From contig QQRY01000018.1 of assembly GCA_003602575.1 (NCBI GenBank), positions 21,632-85,631 of the forward strand: 64,000 bases of DNA. The letters are read 5' to 3'. A program made the translations under genes and the position numbers. How positions within the stretch are numbered: the stretch's first letter is position 1; each line of letters starts with the position of its first letter. Source of the DNA: Candidatus Poseidoniales archaeon (lineage in GTDB: Archaea; Thermoplasmatota; Poseidoniia; Poseidoniales; Poseidoniaceae). The notes beneath the pieces are model-generated. The model did not search any database, was not told where the DNA came from, and saw only the letters and a program-made list of their open reading frames with translations. Below, piece after piece: positions 37,201 to 45,196 of this stretch.

Positions 37201-37381
37201 GTCAATTACGATAGAAGATGAATCAGCAGTTATTCCTGGGCTTGATGATACATCTCTTTCCACCGGAGTATTAGCAGGTGCTTTTGGAATTTTAGTGATT
37301 GCAATTATCGTAGTCAGTGTTATGTTAATTAGGAATAAAGACGATGATGGCTCTGGCGGAGATAGGTTCGGCTTTGAATGA
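34292..37381 (+). CDS. Large secreted surface protein (1029 aa) with three C-terminal Ig-like repeats and a TM anchor
   Basis: Signal peptide 'IMITLLMLLSPLSTSAQ'. Three related modules of about 100 aa, each beginning 'APxx' ('APVIGEV', 'APRLTSV', 'APEIIVP'); the first and third also contain an acidic-Gly motif ('NDRGLNGDQSVGDDLFS', 'DDGTNGDRVANDGNFT'). C-terminal TM 'GAFGILVIAIIVVSVMLI'. Confidence 0.8.
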   Translation: MSNRIMPCIMITLLMLLSPLSTSAQIPTTGEPEINALWILDDNGVNAHAYRITFADNSSFDIEIDIAHIRDGIELETYELLQWNSIESRRVVDVFVNTTLQWGDEVTITVDINAVDGVPISPVSATRVMDIGTWNQPMDDHEIMLSTVWDLDQSYDNEEGEQGFFLNFEGQGWQKREGEILNSWELGNGSFITLESTNGSTSNLSLVLESIWKNETIVGGVLTTQIFDAKGYGVLNLIDDDGETQTHILANVSDAWLNRSMIGEDVSERLRLEATGMLNISSTESNESSTNIDGEVSVFYLETWDENGVRRLQDQQFEALAELIIIDEGTRLDISLEGLTSSERWEEGIRVMQKEEFIGSGTFGFDEQDNESSIAVNGTIYDFHSLVEDGQTKIDDIHVDGDITGDVQGSFGIVRYIEETGQQLNASGVSFLVNVIHEETWFNLTGINGGNFFDGAGIGSSNNNTWDYQVVQSDWENRTVRLVWEETGPDASSGEEFPENSPVQNNASAPEAEEGLGNVSISRETGLMPIPMIPGDTVRLDGQAGLILEITTDSVSFDPRDGHNFHVVTWSGEYEGDGSGYASGAIIDQGPLKGLLSNVNRTLEIPYGEDNNTAFLNESQTLERVLSPSIVTLEENSAPVIGEVYLQQGIVIGEGGSSATLVANVTDIDWNIDTVIVDLTPIGGDIVEMNDRGLNGDQSVGDDLFSIIISVPGLETGIIELNVTASDKFGVITTASGQIEIINQAPRLTSVEILPNIGYRGAILVVNAQAYDGHGVGNVSIDLRNYGGQQISLVQTSGIWAGQIIIPQGMDPGFQDIEFILEDGLGKLGTSNVWYQDQADSQDPRGPHFISDEVTVPIEIKVLNSAPEIIVPNGLKFTRPESPSTETIEVQILDSDGISNARAQLGVFAPLGSDGGWTIMRDDGTNGDRVANDGNFTVEISLRSSTPEGTHDILIQAADQYDVVSGTIPMSITIEDESAVIPGLDDTSLSTGVLAGAFGILVIAIIVVSVMLIRNKDDDGSGGDRFGFE

Positions 37382-37402
37382 TTATTTATCAAGCGATAAC
37401 GG

Positions 37403-37410
37403 TTTATACT
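37403..37410 (+). promoter_or_regulatory. TATA box (TTTATACT) for tRNA-Gly
   Basis: An archaeal-consensus-like TATA element centred about 30 nt upstream of the mature tRNA 5' end at 37436. Confidence 0.45.
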
Positions 37411-37435
37411 CCTGTTTAATGGGCAGGTTATCTCT

Positions 37436-37510
37436 GCGAGCGTAGTGTAGTGGTTATCACCGAGCGTTGCCAACGCTTGAACCCGGGTTCGAGTCCCGGC
37501 GCTCGCACCA
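37436..37510 (+). tRNA. tRNA-Gly (anticodon GCC), CCA encoded
   Basis: Hand-folded. 7-bp acceptor stem GCGAGCG/CGCTCGC. D arm GTGT..TCAC with an AGTGGTTA loop. Anticodon stem GAGCG/CGCTT with loop TTGCCAA. T arm CCGGG-TTCGAGT-CCCGG. Discriminator A, then CCA. A T5 run lies at 37520-37524. Confidence 0.9.
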
Positions 37511-37577
37511 AAACCGCTATTTTTCGAAATATGGCAACATTTAACGCCTTTCTCACTATGGAATGTTAGGGCTCACC

Positions 37578-37901
37578 ATGACAGAACGGCGCACAATCTA
37601 CATCGGCAAAAAACCACTCCATGCATATGTTAGAGCGGTTGTAATGGCAATGGAGGCAGGAGATAGAAATTTGCAACTTGTTGCTAGAGGGGCTACCATT
37701 GGTAGGGCTGTTGATGTTGCCGAAGTCTGCCGCAGGAGAAACGGATTCATTGCACAGGGTTTACCTGAAGAGATTGTGATTGGAGAAATTTCGTGTGGTT
37801 CTGAAGTAATTCCCTCCGACGAAGGAAGAGACCGTACAGTAAGTGTTTTGCAAATCGAACTTGATGGCATTGGAGAAATTCCTGCTAAGGAAGAAGAATA
37901 A
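37578..37901 (+). CDS. albA: DNA/RNA-binding chromatin protein Alba
   Basis: 'IYIGKKPLHAYVRAVVMAM...LQLVARGATIGRAVDVAEVCRRR' and 'RTVSVLQIEL' match Alba-family hallmarks. An alternative ATG lies at 37563. Confidence 0.9.
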   Translation: MTERRTIYIGKKPLHAYVRAVVMAMEAGDRNLQLVARGATIGRAVDVAEVCRRRNGFIAQGLPEEIVIGEISCGSEVIPSDEGRDRTVSVLQIELDGIGEIPAKEEE

Positions 37902-38261
37902 TCAATTCAGTAATTTCAATCTTCTTTCAATTTCTTCTGCCGTTGACTGATATACGGATAGTTCCTTTCCAACTGGGTCTTCTAATTCCCAATCCTCATC
38001 AATTCGCATGAGTGGGCAGTTTACTCCGCATCCCATTGAAATTACCATGTCATAATCATCAGCAGAGAACAAATCAACGCTTTTTGGAATCATCCCCTCA
38101 GTGGATATTCCTTTGGAGTTTAAGACCTTGACAGCATTTGGCGCTATTTTTTCTGCGGGATGTGTCCCTGCAGAATCGGCAATGTGGCCCATTGAACGGG
38201 CAATGCCTTCAGCCATTTGTGATCTACAAGAATTGCCCACACAGACAAATAGAAGTCGCAT
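37902..38261 (-). CDS. arsC: Low-molecular-weight phosphotyrosine phosphatase-fold arsenate reductase/phosphatase
   Basis: 'LLFVCVGNSCRSQMAEG' CX5R P-loop. A downstream 'GCGVNCP' Cys pair, as in thioredoxin-coupled ArsC. Confidence 0.8.
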   Translation of the reverse strand: MRLLFVCVGNSCRSQMAEGIARSMGHIADSAGTHPAEKIAPNAVKVLNSKGISTEGMIPKSVDLFSADDYDMVISMGCGVNCPLMRIDEDWELEDPVGKELSVYQSTAEEIERRLKLLN

Positions 38262-38309
38262 ATTTGTTGACTAATTTGGACATATATAATTTATTTCAAT
38301 TTAGAATAT

Positions 38310-38720
38310 ATGAAGACTTTTCAAACTATTCTTCTACGCACTAATATGGAGCGACATATTAGGAGGCAGGTGATTAAAGGAAGTATTGCTTATGGGGCTT
38401 TATTCTCTTTGTCATTTATCTTGCACATAATTTTCGCAGCCAAGGACTTTCATACAGGTTTTCAAATCATTGCAGCATTAATTACTTTCATGACTTTTTT
38501 TGTTGGCATTTTGATAATTTATTTTGGGAAAATTAAATCTTATAGAGTGGAGGTAAACCGTTTTGCAGCATTCATCTCGGTATTTTTAGCACTTGGTCTT
38601 GGATGGGCTTATGCAGGAATGATGATGCATTGGAGTATTATCCTATGGCCATTTAGCACAGTTTTGAGCCACATGATTGTAGAAAAATTATTTCTAGACG
38701 AACACCATGATTTGAAGTAG
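38310..38720 (+). CDS. Hypothetical 4-TM membrane protein
   Basis: 136-aa ORF. TATA-like 'catatataat' lies about 25 nt upstream of the ATG. No motif recognised. Confidence 0.45.
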   Translation: MKTFQTILLRTNMERHIRRQVIKGSIAYGALFSLSFILHIIFAAKDFHTGFQIIAALITFMTFFVGILIIYFGKIKSYRVEVNRFAAFISVFLALGLGWAYAGMMMHWSIILWPFSTVLSHMIVEKLFLDEHHDLK

Positions 38721-38740
38721 GTCTTTCTTATCATATTGAC

Positions 38741-39751
38741 ATGGCGGAACCACCGGTGTCAATTCATAATCCCAATGATGATGATTCAAGTAATCAAAGA
38801 GCGAGTCCTCAGCAGCAGAAGCAAATGGAGCAGGCATATGCCCAAATGAAAAGAAAAATGTCAATGCAAGAGATTGGACGTAAAATAAAACATAAGATTA
38901 TGGTTTTATCCGGTAAAGGGGGCGTAGGAAAGTCTACGGTTTCTACAGGATTGGCATTATCATTAGCTCAACAAGGTAACAGTGTTGGTATTTTAGACAT
39001 CGATATCACAGGTCCAAATGTTCCAAAGATGATGGGCTTAGATGGTAGAAGATTGCATGTAGAGGAAGGAAGGATTCACCCTGCACAAGGTCATTTGGGA
39101 GTTAAAGTAATCTCGATGGCTTTTTTACTGGAAGACGAAGATACCCCTGTGGTATGGAGAGGGCCGATTAAACTGGGAGCAATTCAACAGTTTATCGGAG
39201 ACGTGGAATGGGGCGAATTAGATTACTTGATTATCGATTTCCCACCAGGTACTTCAGATGAGCCTCTTACAGTAGCTCAATCATTACCCGATATCGACGG
39301 AATGGTGATAGTTACAACTCCTCAAGACGTAGCTTTACTAGACAGTAGGAAATCTATTACATTCTCAGAATCTCTTAAGGTGCCAGTGCTTGGAGTGGTT
39401 GAGAATATGAGCGGTTACACAATTAGTGGTAAGACCGCTGCTAGTTCGGAAGTAACAATCGCCGGACCAGGTGGGAAATCTCACAAGGTCTCATCAGATG
39501 CTGATGGTAATTTTAGTGTAACTTTGGATATTTTCAAAGAAGGCGGAGGAAAAGATACTGCAGAAGAGTTCGGAGTCCCATTCTTGGGGGCATTACCATT
39601 TGATCCTGGATTTGTAAGAGGTGGTGACGATGGAGTTCACCGAATTGTTAGTGAGCCTGAAGGCGAATCTGCTAAGGCATTTTCAAAGGTAGTAGAATCA
39701 ATTATTGATCAAATTGGTGAATCTTCTAGTGAAGGCCTAGAGATTATTTGA
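38741..39751 (+). CDS. Mrp/NBP35/ApbC-family P-loop ATPase, cysteine-free variant
   Basis: 'VLSGKGGVGKSTVS' deviant Walker A, 'IIDFPPGTSDE', 'VVENMSGY'. The canonical CxxC after ENMS is replaced by an insert of about 30 aa ('TISGKTAASSEVTIAGPGGKSHKVSSDADGNFSVTLD'). The whole protein contains no Cys. Confidence 0.85.
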   Translation: MAEPPVSIHNPNDDDSSNQRASPQQQKQMEQAYAQMKRKMSMQEIGRKIKHKIMVLSGKGGVGKSTVSTGLALSLAQQGNSVGILDIDITGPNVPKMMGLDGRRLHVEEGRIHPAQGHLGVKVISMAFLLEDEDTPVVWRGPIKLGAIQQFIGDVEWGELDYLIIDFPPGTSDEPLTVAQSLPDIDGMVIVTTPQDVALLDSRKSITFSESLKVPVLGVVENMSGYTISGKTAASSEVTIAGPGGKSHKVSSDADGNFSVTLDIFKEGGGKDTAEEFGVPFLGALPFDPGFVRGGDDGVHRIVSEPEGESAKAFSKVVESIIDQIGESSSEGLEII

Positions 39752-39759
39752 GGGATAGA

Positions 39760-40113
39760 ATGTCTGAAACTATCCCTGAACTAAAACGTCTTGAGAGGAG
39801 AGACTTAGATGTTCTGTTGACATATGACGGTGGTCAAAATTTTATCGTAACCTATGATGATATCAAACATGCCTGCCCTTGTGCAAAATGTTCTCCTCAA
39901 AGGAATGATGATGAATCAAGTAAAATATTGAGAAGAGAGATTGAATCTATGCCTCCAGAGAAACCGAAAGTTAGGACTGTGGGTAAATATGCAATCGCAT
40001 TCGAATGGGTAAACGGATGTTCGAGTGGTATTTATCGCTTTGAAAGAATCTGGGCATTGGCCAATAAATTAGACCCTGATGACGGTAAATCCTATGTCCA
40101 CGGGGCTTGGTAA
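39760..40113 (+). CDS. DUF971-family protein
   Basis: The 'LLTYDGGQNFIVTYDDIKHACPCAKC' and 'YAIAFEWVNGCSSGIYRF' pattern matches the DUF971/gamma-BBH-N-like fold. GAGGGA SD precedes the ATG at 39760. The track TTG at 39748 overlaps the Mrp stop. Confidence 0.6.
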   Translation: MSETIPELKRLERRDLDVLLTYDGGQNFIVTYDDIKHACPCAKCSPQRNDDESSKILRREIESMPPEKPKVRTVGKYAIAFEWVNGCSSGIYRFERIWALANKLDPDDGKSYVHGAW

Positions 40114-40195
40114 GTGTCAATATTGCGTTATTTCGATAAAAAGAAGGCGAGGGTTTGATGTATAATCATCTAACCGAAAACATGGAGGTCATAGT

Positions 40196-42274
40196 TTGGA
40201 TGGAATCTATTTGACTTGGATGATCAGTGCTCTTGCATTAGGGGTCATCCTTCTTCCAGTTTTCAAGCCTCCTTGGATGGAACTAAAACTAACTACATTT
40301 GTAGACTTCTTTAGAAGATACTGGCTGCATATTTTGATGTTATTTATGATTTATAATGCCAAAGATGGGTTAGATCAAGTAGATCGAATTCTCATGGCAA
40401 ATACTGGCTTGGACATGACTCCTTGGATTTATGCTATTGAAGGAGACCTAACTCTACATGTCCAGCAATTTTTTGAAGCAGAATGGTTGACTACATTACT
40501 CACACACTTTTACGTAGCAGGATTTATGTTCATTTGTTATGTTTCGGTATTCTATTTTGCTTATTTTGATGACCGTTGGATTTCTGATAGAGTGACCTTA
40601 ACCATTGCTTGGGTTTACATTTTTGCTATTCCATTTTATCTATTTTTCAATGTGAGGGTGACTGGAGATTATATTCCCGAGATGGATACTTTGGCTTATT
40701 CTCTAAATCCTGAAATTGCAGATTGGTTTAGAAGAATTGATCCATTTACTAATTGTATGCCTTCACTGCATATCGGAGTACCTTTTTCAGTTTGGCTCTG
40801 TCTCAAGCGTTTTGATGAAGATAACCGTTGGGCACTATACCGTAAGATTGTCTTAGCTTATACTCTATTGACATGTTTTACAATTATATATCTAGGAATA
40901 CACTGGATTCTTGATATCATTGGAGGTATGTTAGTTGCAGCAGCAGCAGTATCAATGGCGGAAAGAACTTCTCCAGTATGGTGGAAGATTTTTGATGAAA
41001 GAACAATTAATTCAAGATTGGTTACTTTGTTAACCAATCCAAAGAAAGCGATTAGAATTATTTCAAATAAGTCATCATCACTTGTCAAATCATATATTAG
41101 ACCTAAAGCCAAACAGACAGGAATTTTAGTAGTTGTTTTGATGCTAGTGGTTGTTTCAGTAATCACCTGGGATTTAACCCATCAATCACTTTCAGCCGAT
41201 GGTGCTGAAGCTCCAGAAGGGGCTTCTGCAGCCGATGGCTGGTTAGTAACATTGGATAATAGAAGCGATTATGGTGCTCTTATTTTGGTTCAGGATATTT
41301 CACAAGTTGATTCAGAAGCGATTCAAGTTGTTCAACCAATCATGGATTTGAATTCCTCATATTCGCTAACAGGCGATAACCTTGTAATGGCAAATGACAG
41401 TGTATTATTTGTTGTCAACATGAATAATCCAGAAATAATCGCATTACAATATCAAGTAGATAATCCACAACAAGTCCTCATTACCTCGACAAATGAACAG
41501 GATGTAATTTTGATTCTAGATGATAATGAATTAGAGGCAATTTCTATCACAGGTGAGAGTATACCTCTGGGAATTGATGATGATGATATACAATTTGTAT
41601 CATCTAATGGTTTAGAATTCGCTTATGTCACAATATCTCAACCGACCTCAGTAAATGTTGGTAGAATTGGGACCTTTGGTTCGATAAAATACGATATGAA
41701 TGCGACGGCTCCTGCAGAACAAGACCTTGTCCTAGAGCAATGGGGTACGCCTGTAGATATGGTAAATGCCTCAATAACGCAAATCGAATTTGATTCCTCA
41801 CACATAGTATCTACTATCAATGTCAGTTCAGTGGATAGACTCGTATTACTAGATAGAGCCTCTAATGAGCAATGGATTGTTGGAGATGGTAAATATTCAG
41901 CAATTGACCCTTCATTGTCCAATGGTATTCTAGCTTGGGCTGGTTTTGATCATCTAAATCCAACTTTACCTCTTGATGAATATCTTGATGGCGAAATTTA
42001 TTATCTAAATTTGACAACAAATTATACACAAACCTTGACATCAGATGAATTGAATCAATGGGGCCCAATCGTCTTAGATAATCATCTCGTTTTCTTTGAA
42101 GAGAGCGATGATGGAGCAATAATAAAGATTCATTCATGGGAGCCAGAACTGAAAACATATTCCAATATTATTCTACAGATTGGTACAGTATTAGGCATAA
42201 TCTTGGTATTTATCCACCTTGCTCAAAGGCAACAAGAGGCTAAGGTTGGGCGTAATTTTGACGAAGAAGAATAA
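40196..42274 (+). CDS. PAP2-superfamily (PAP2_3/IPC-synthase-like) membrane enzyme fused to a large extracytoplasmic domain and C-terminal TM
   Basis: 'NCMPSLHIGVPF' and 'GIHWILDIIGGMLVA' (PSxH ... HxxxD) in a 6-TM N-terminal half. A beta-rich region of about 330 aa follows, then a terminal TM 'ILQIGTVLGIILVFI'. TTG start 5 nt after GGAGGT. Confidence 0.55.
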   Translation: MDGIYLTWMISALALGVILLPVFKPPWMELKLTTFVDFFRRYWLHILMLFMIYNAKDGLDQVDRILMANTGLDMTPWIYAIEGDLTLHVQQFFEAEWLTTLLTHFYVAGFMFICYVSVFYFAYFDDRWISDRVTLTIAWVYIFAIPFYLFFNVRVTGDYIPEMDTLAYSLNPEIADWFRRIDPFTNCMPSLHIGVPFSVWLCLKRFDEDNRWALYRKIVLAYTLLTCFTIIYLGIHWILDIIGGMLVAAAAVSMAERTSPVWWKIFDERTINSRLVTLLTNPKKAIRIISNKSSSLVKSYIRPKAKQTGILVVVLMLVVVSVITWDLTHQSLSADGAEAPEGASAADGWLVTLDNRSDYGALILVQDISQVDSEAIQVVQPIMDLNSSYSLTGDNLVMANDSVLFVVNMNNPEIIALQYQVDNPQQVLITSTNEQDVILILDDNELEAISITGESIPLGIDDDDIQFVSSNGLEFAYVTISQPTSVNVGRIGTFGSIKYDMNATAPAEQDLVLEQWGTPVDMVNASITQIEFDSSHIVSTINVSSVDRLVLLDRASNEQWIVGDGKYSAIDPSLSNGILAWAGFDHLNPTLPLDEYLDGEIYYLNLTTNYTQTLTSDELNQWGPIVLDNHLVFFEESDDGAIIKIHSWEPELKTYSNIILQIGTVLGIILVFIHLAQRQQEAKVGRNFDEEE

Positions 42275-43477
42275 TTACTTCTTGATGCTCAACATTCTTT
42301 CTAGCGCTAATAATGAACCATCTTGAATACCTTTGGGAACCGAAATCTGATTTGGCACACTTCCCTCAACTAATTTTTCAAGCACATCCATAAGGTATGC
42401 AGGGTGAATCATGTACATAGTAGAACATGGGCATATTTTGTCATCGAGACATTCAATATTTTTGTCTGGATGTTCTTTAGCAAGTCGGGCGACCATATTG
42501 ATTTCAGTCCCAATTGCTATTGAAGTACCAGGTTTTTGCTGTTCGACAAAATTTCGAATGAATTGTGTCGAACCATTAGAATCACTTGCATCCACGGTCT
42601 CTCTAGGGCATTCTGGATGAACAATAACAATACCATCAGGATTTTCATTTCTAAATTCTTCTATTTGTTCAACTGTAAATCTCTTGTGAACAGAACAAAA
42701 TCCATGCCATAAAATCATTTTTGATTTATCTATTAAGTTCCAAGCATCTCTGTCTAAATCTTCTCCTGGCGTCCAAGTTGCCATTTGGTCAACGGTTAGC
42801 CCCATGGTAAGACCAGTATTCCGACCAAGATGTTGGTCAGGGAAAAACAAAACTTTACCATTTTTTCCAGCTCTTTCGAAAGCCCAGTTTAAAATTCCTT
42901 GAGCATTAGATGAAGTACATACAATTCCACCATGCTCGCCGACAAAAGATTTCAAGGCTGCACTTGAATTCATATAGGTTACTGGGATAAGATAACTCTC
43001 ATTTTCAGGACAAGGTGAATCCGGATTGTCTCGATTAATCGGGTCTTTTAATTCGGTATTTTCAAGAATCTCATTCCAACATTTCGTGACATCTTCTAGA
43101 TTAGCCATATCTGCCATAGAGCATCCTGCACGAAGGTTTGGAAGAATTACCGATTGATTATCATCTGTCAAAATATCTGCTGACTCAGCCATGAAGTGTA
43201 CTCCACAAAAAATAATATATTTAGCAGATGATTCTGCGGCTTTTTGGCTTAGCATAAATGAATCTCCAAGAAAGTCAGCATGCATAACTATGCTGTCTCT
43301 TTGGTAATGGTGTCCAAGAATAAGTAAGTCGTTTCCGAGCTTTTGCTTTAGTTCTGTGATTCTTTCGGAAATCATCTGTTCCTCTGGAGACAGGCTGGTA
43401 TCCATGAAATCAATAGAACACATTGGTAGTGAAATCGTCATTGCTTTCAATAAGTCCAACAAGTAATCCTTTTTCAA
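42275..43477 (-). CDS. nadA: Quinolinate synthase
   Basis: 'ILGHHYQRD', 'FCGVHFMAESADIL', 'RAGCSMADMA', 'ICPCSTMY'. Confidence 0.9.
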   Translation of the reverse strand: MKKDYLLDLLKAMTISLPMCSIDFMDTSLSPEEQMISERITELKQKLGNDLLILGHHYQRDSIVMHADFLGDSFMLSQKAAESSAKYIIFCGVHFMAESADILTDDNQSVILPNLRAGCSMADMANLEDVTKCWNEILENTELKDPINRDNPDSPCPENESYLIPVTYMNSSAALKSFVGEHGGIVCTSSNAQGILNWAFERAGKNGKVLFFPDQHLGRNTGLTMGLTVDQMATWTPGEDLDRDAWNLIDKSKMILWHGFCSVHKRFTVEQIEEFRNENPDGIVIVHPECPRETVDASDSNGSTQFIRNFVEQQKPGTSIAIGTEINMVARLAKEHPDKNIECLDDKICPCSTMYMIHPAYLMDVLEKLVEGSVPNQISVPKGIQDGSLLALERMLSIKK

Positions 43478-43525
43478 TGGTTGTGAATAGGTGATTTTGA
43501 TAAACTAATGCCCCAAGGGTGTGTT

Positions 43526-44209
43526 ATGGTCTTCCAACCCGGCGAGCGTCTTCACCTCGGAGCAGAGGCTGAGGTCTGGTCAGGATTATGGATGGGCCGT
43601 AAAGCAGTTAGGAAAATTCGAAGAAAAAGAGGATGGCGTCATGCCAATTTAGAGAAAAGACTTGGATTTAGGCGATTATTAAGCGAGGCTCGATTACTGA
43701 TACGAGCTCGAAGAGTTGGACTTGAAGTTCCAGCGATCTGGGATGTAGATTTAGATGGTGGTACTTTGGTAATGGAAATGTTACCAGGAAAACCGTTGAT
43801 CGAGGTTCTAAGAGATGAGAATATAACTCTGGAACAAATCACTAGTTGTTTATACAATTCAGGCGCTTTAGTACGTAGATTACATCGTCTAGCAATTACT
43901 CATGGCGACTTATCTACTAACAATATCTTAGTAGATGAAGATTTCAATGCATATCTCGTGGACTTTGGATTGGCATCCATTGATTATGAAATTGAAAGAT
44001 TTGGGATTGATTTACATGTAATCGATGAAATACTTGGGGCGTCTCATCCATCAATTGAAGGAGCTATTGATATATTTCTAAAGGGATATCTCGATGAAGA
44101 ATCTAAATTAGGGCCCGCTAAGGACCAGTCCGGAGGAGTCGTTCCTACAGCCGCTTCGGTAATGAAAAGACTAGAACAGGTACGTTCTAGAGTCAGGTAT
44201 CATGGTTAA
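43526..44209 (+). CDS. bud32: Bud32/PRPK atypical kinase (KEOPS subunit)
   Basis: 'LGAEAEVW', 'EARLLIRARRVGLEVP', 'ITHGDLSTNNILV', 'LVDFGLA'. AGGGTG SD lies 4 nt before the ATG at 43526. Confidence 0.85.
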   Translation: MVFQPGERLHLGAEAEVWSGLWMGRKAVRKIRRKRGWRHANLEKRLGFRRLLSEARLLIRARRVGLEVPAIWDVDLDGGTLVMEMLPGKPLIEVLRDENITLEQITSCLYNSGALVRRLHRLAITHGDLSTNNILVDEDFNAYLVDFGLASIDYEIERFGIDLHVIDEILGASHPSIEGAIDIFLKGYLDEESKLGPAKDQSGGVVPTAASVMKRLEQVRSRVRYHG

Positions 44210-44631
44210 CTTTCCGTTACAACCAATCTCAATTCTTCTAAACTACGTAGTTCAGCAAGATATATTTGTTCAATTGAGTCATAGAGGTCTTGCTCATCCG
44301 TTTTTTCGATTAATTCTAAAAGTTGAGCATAAACTTCTGCGGCCTTAGCCTCTGTCTCCAAGGAAAAATTTAGAGTTTCAATATAGTTTGTTGTGTGGAC
44401 GATAGGGTGGCTATTTCGCTCTGTGACTGGAACTCCTCCTAGTTGAACAATCGCTTTACGGACAATGTCGGCATGTGTAATAGATTCCGTCATTTCAGTA
44501 TTGAAAAGAGGAGATAGTTGAAGGCGATGAATACCTCTTATATTTGCGGAGTAATGCGCATACATATTGATAGCGCGAAGTTCCCATCCGAGTGCTAAGT
44601 TCATTTTTTCAATTATATTTTGATTGGACAT
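44206..44631 (-). CDS. Ferritin-like/Dps-family protein
   Basis: Four-helix-bundle pattern 'ALGWELRAINMYAHYS', 'ESITHADIVRKAI', 'LETEAKAAEVYAQLLE'. The track start at 44703 adds an implausible leader. Confidence 0.55.
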   Translation of the reverse strand: MSNQNIIEKMNLALGWELRAINMYAHYSANIRGIHRLQLSPLFNTEMTESITHADIVRKAIVQLGGVPVTERNSHPIVHTTNYIETLNFSLETEAKAAEVYAQLLELIEKTDEQDLYDSIEQIYLAELRSLEELRLVVTES

Positions 44632-44721
44632 TATATCATCTCTCTTAGGGCATACGAAAACAATTAAGGGTATATGGGCCCTAAAATTCCATCTCATATC
44701 CACTACTTAAGTGATGGTATT

Positions 44722-45108
44722 TCAAACTAGGAATTTATCTCCAAGTAACCAACCACTCCATGCTAGAATCGGACATAAACTAAACGTGAGCATAACATAA
44801 ATTGCAGCATTTGAAGTATTTCCATTTTGTAGTAGTTCAATTGTGTCCATCGAAAATGCAGACATAGTAGTAAATGCTCCAATCATACCGGTTCCTAGAA
44901 ATAATGCTAATTCGGAGGAAATAATATTTTGAGAGGTACTTAGAGCAATTATTCCCAGTAGAAAAGAGCCCACTAAATTAACTGTAATTGTTGCTATCGG
45001 AAATGTTTCATACGAAATCCAATTTCCGATGATATATCTTAATCCCGCTCCAATCGCACCTCCTAATGCAACAAGGCCTATCTGTTGGAGCATAAATTGT
45101 GCTGGCAT
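44722..45108 (-). CDS. crcB: Fluoride ion channel CrcB/Fluc
   Basis: 'GLVALGGAIGAGLRY', 'TITVNLVGSFLLG', 'GMIGAFTTMSAFS' match CrcB signatures. ATG at 45108; the track ORF is extended upstream. Confidence 0.85.
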   Translation of the reverse strand: MPAQFMLQQIGLVALGGAIGAGLRYIIGNWISYETFPIATITVNLVGSFLLGIIALSTSQNIISSELALFLGTGMIGAFTTMSAFSMDTIELLQNGNTSNAAIYVMLTFSLCPILAWSGWLLGDKFLV

Positions 45109-45196
45109 ATTAGTCACTTCAAGTTTATGTAGAAATATACTAAAAAATTCATTTTTTAGCAATAGACATGAAAATACGAACCGATTGGGAGAGTAC

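Noticed and set aside
37436-37510. The tRNA-Gly as an integration hotspot marking a genomic island.
   Set aside because: There is no integrase, no transposase and no visible direct repeat of the tRNA 3' end nearby. The flanking genes (surface protein, Alba, arsC-like) do not look like mobile cargo.
45109-45196. A possible fluoride riboswitch upstream of crcB.
   Set aside because: I read the 88-nt minus-strand leader and it is AT-rich. It lacks the conserved GGCGATG...CCGCC...CTGATGATGCC-type crcB-motif core. It looks like a plain divergent promoter spacer.
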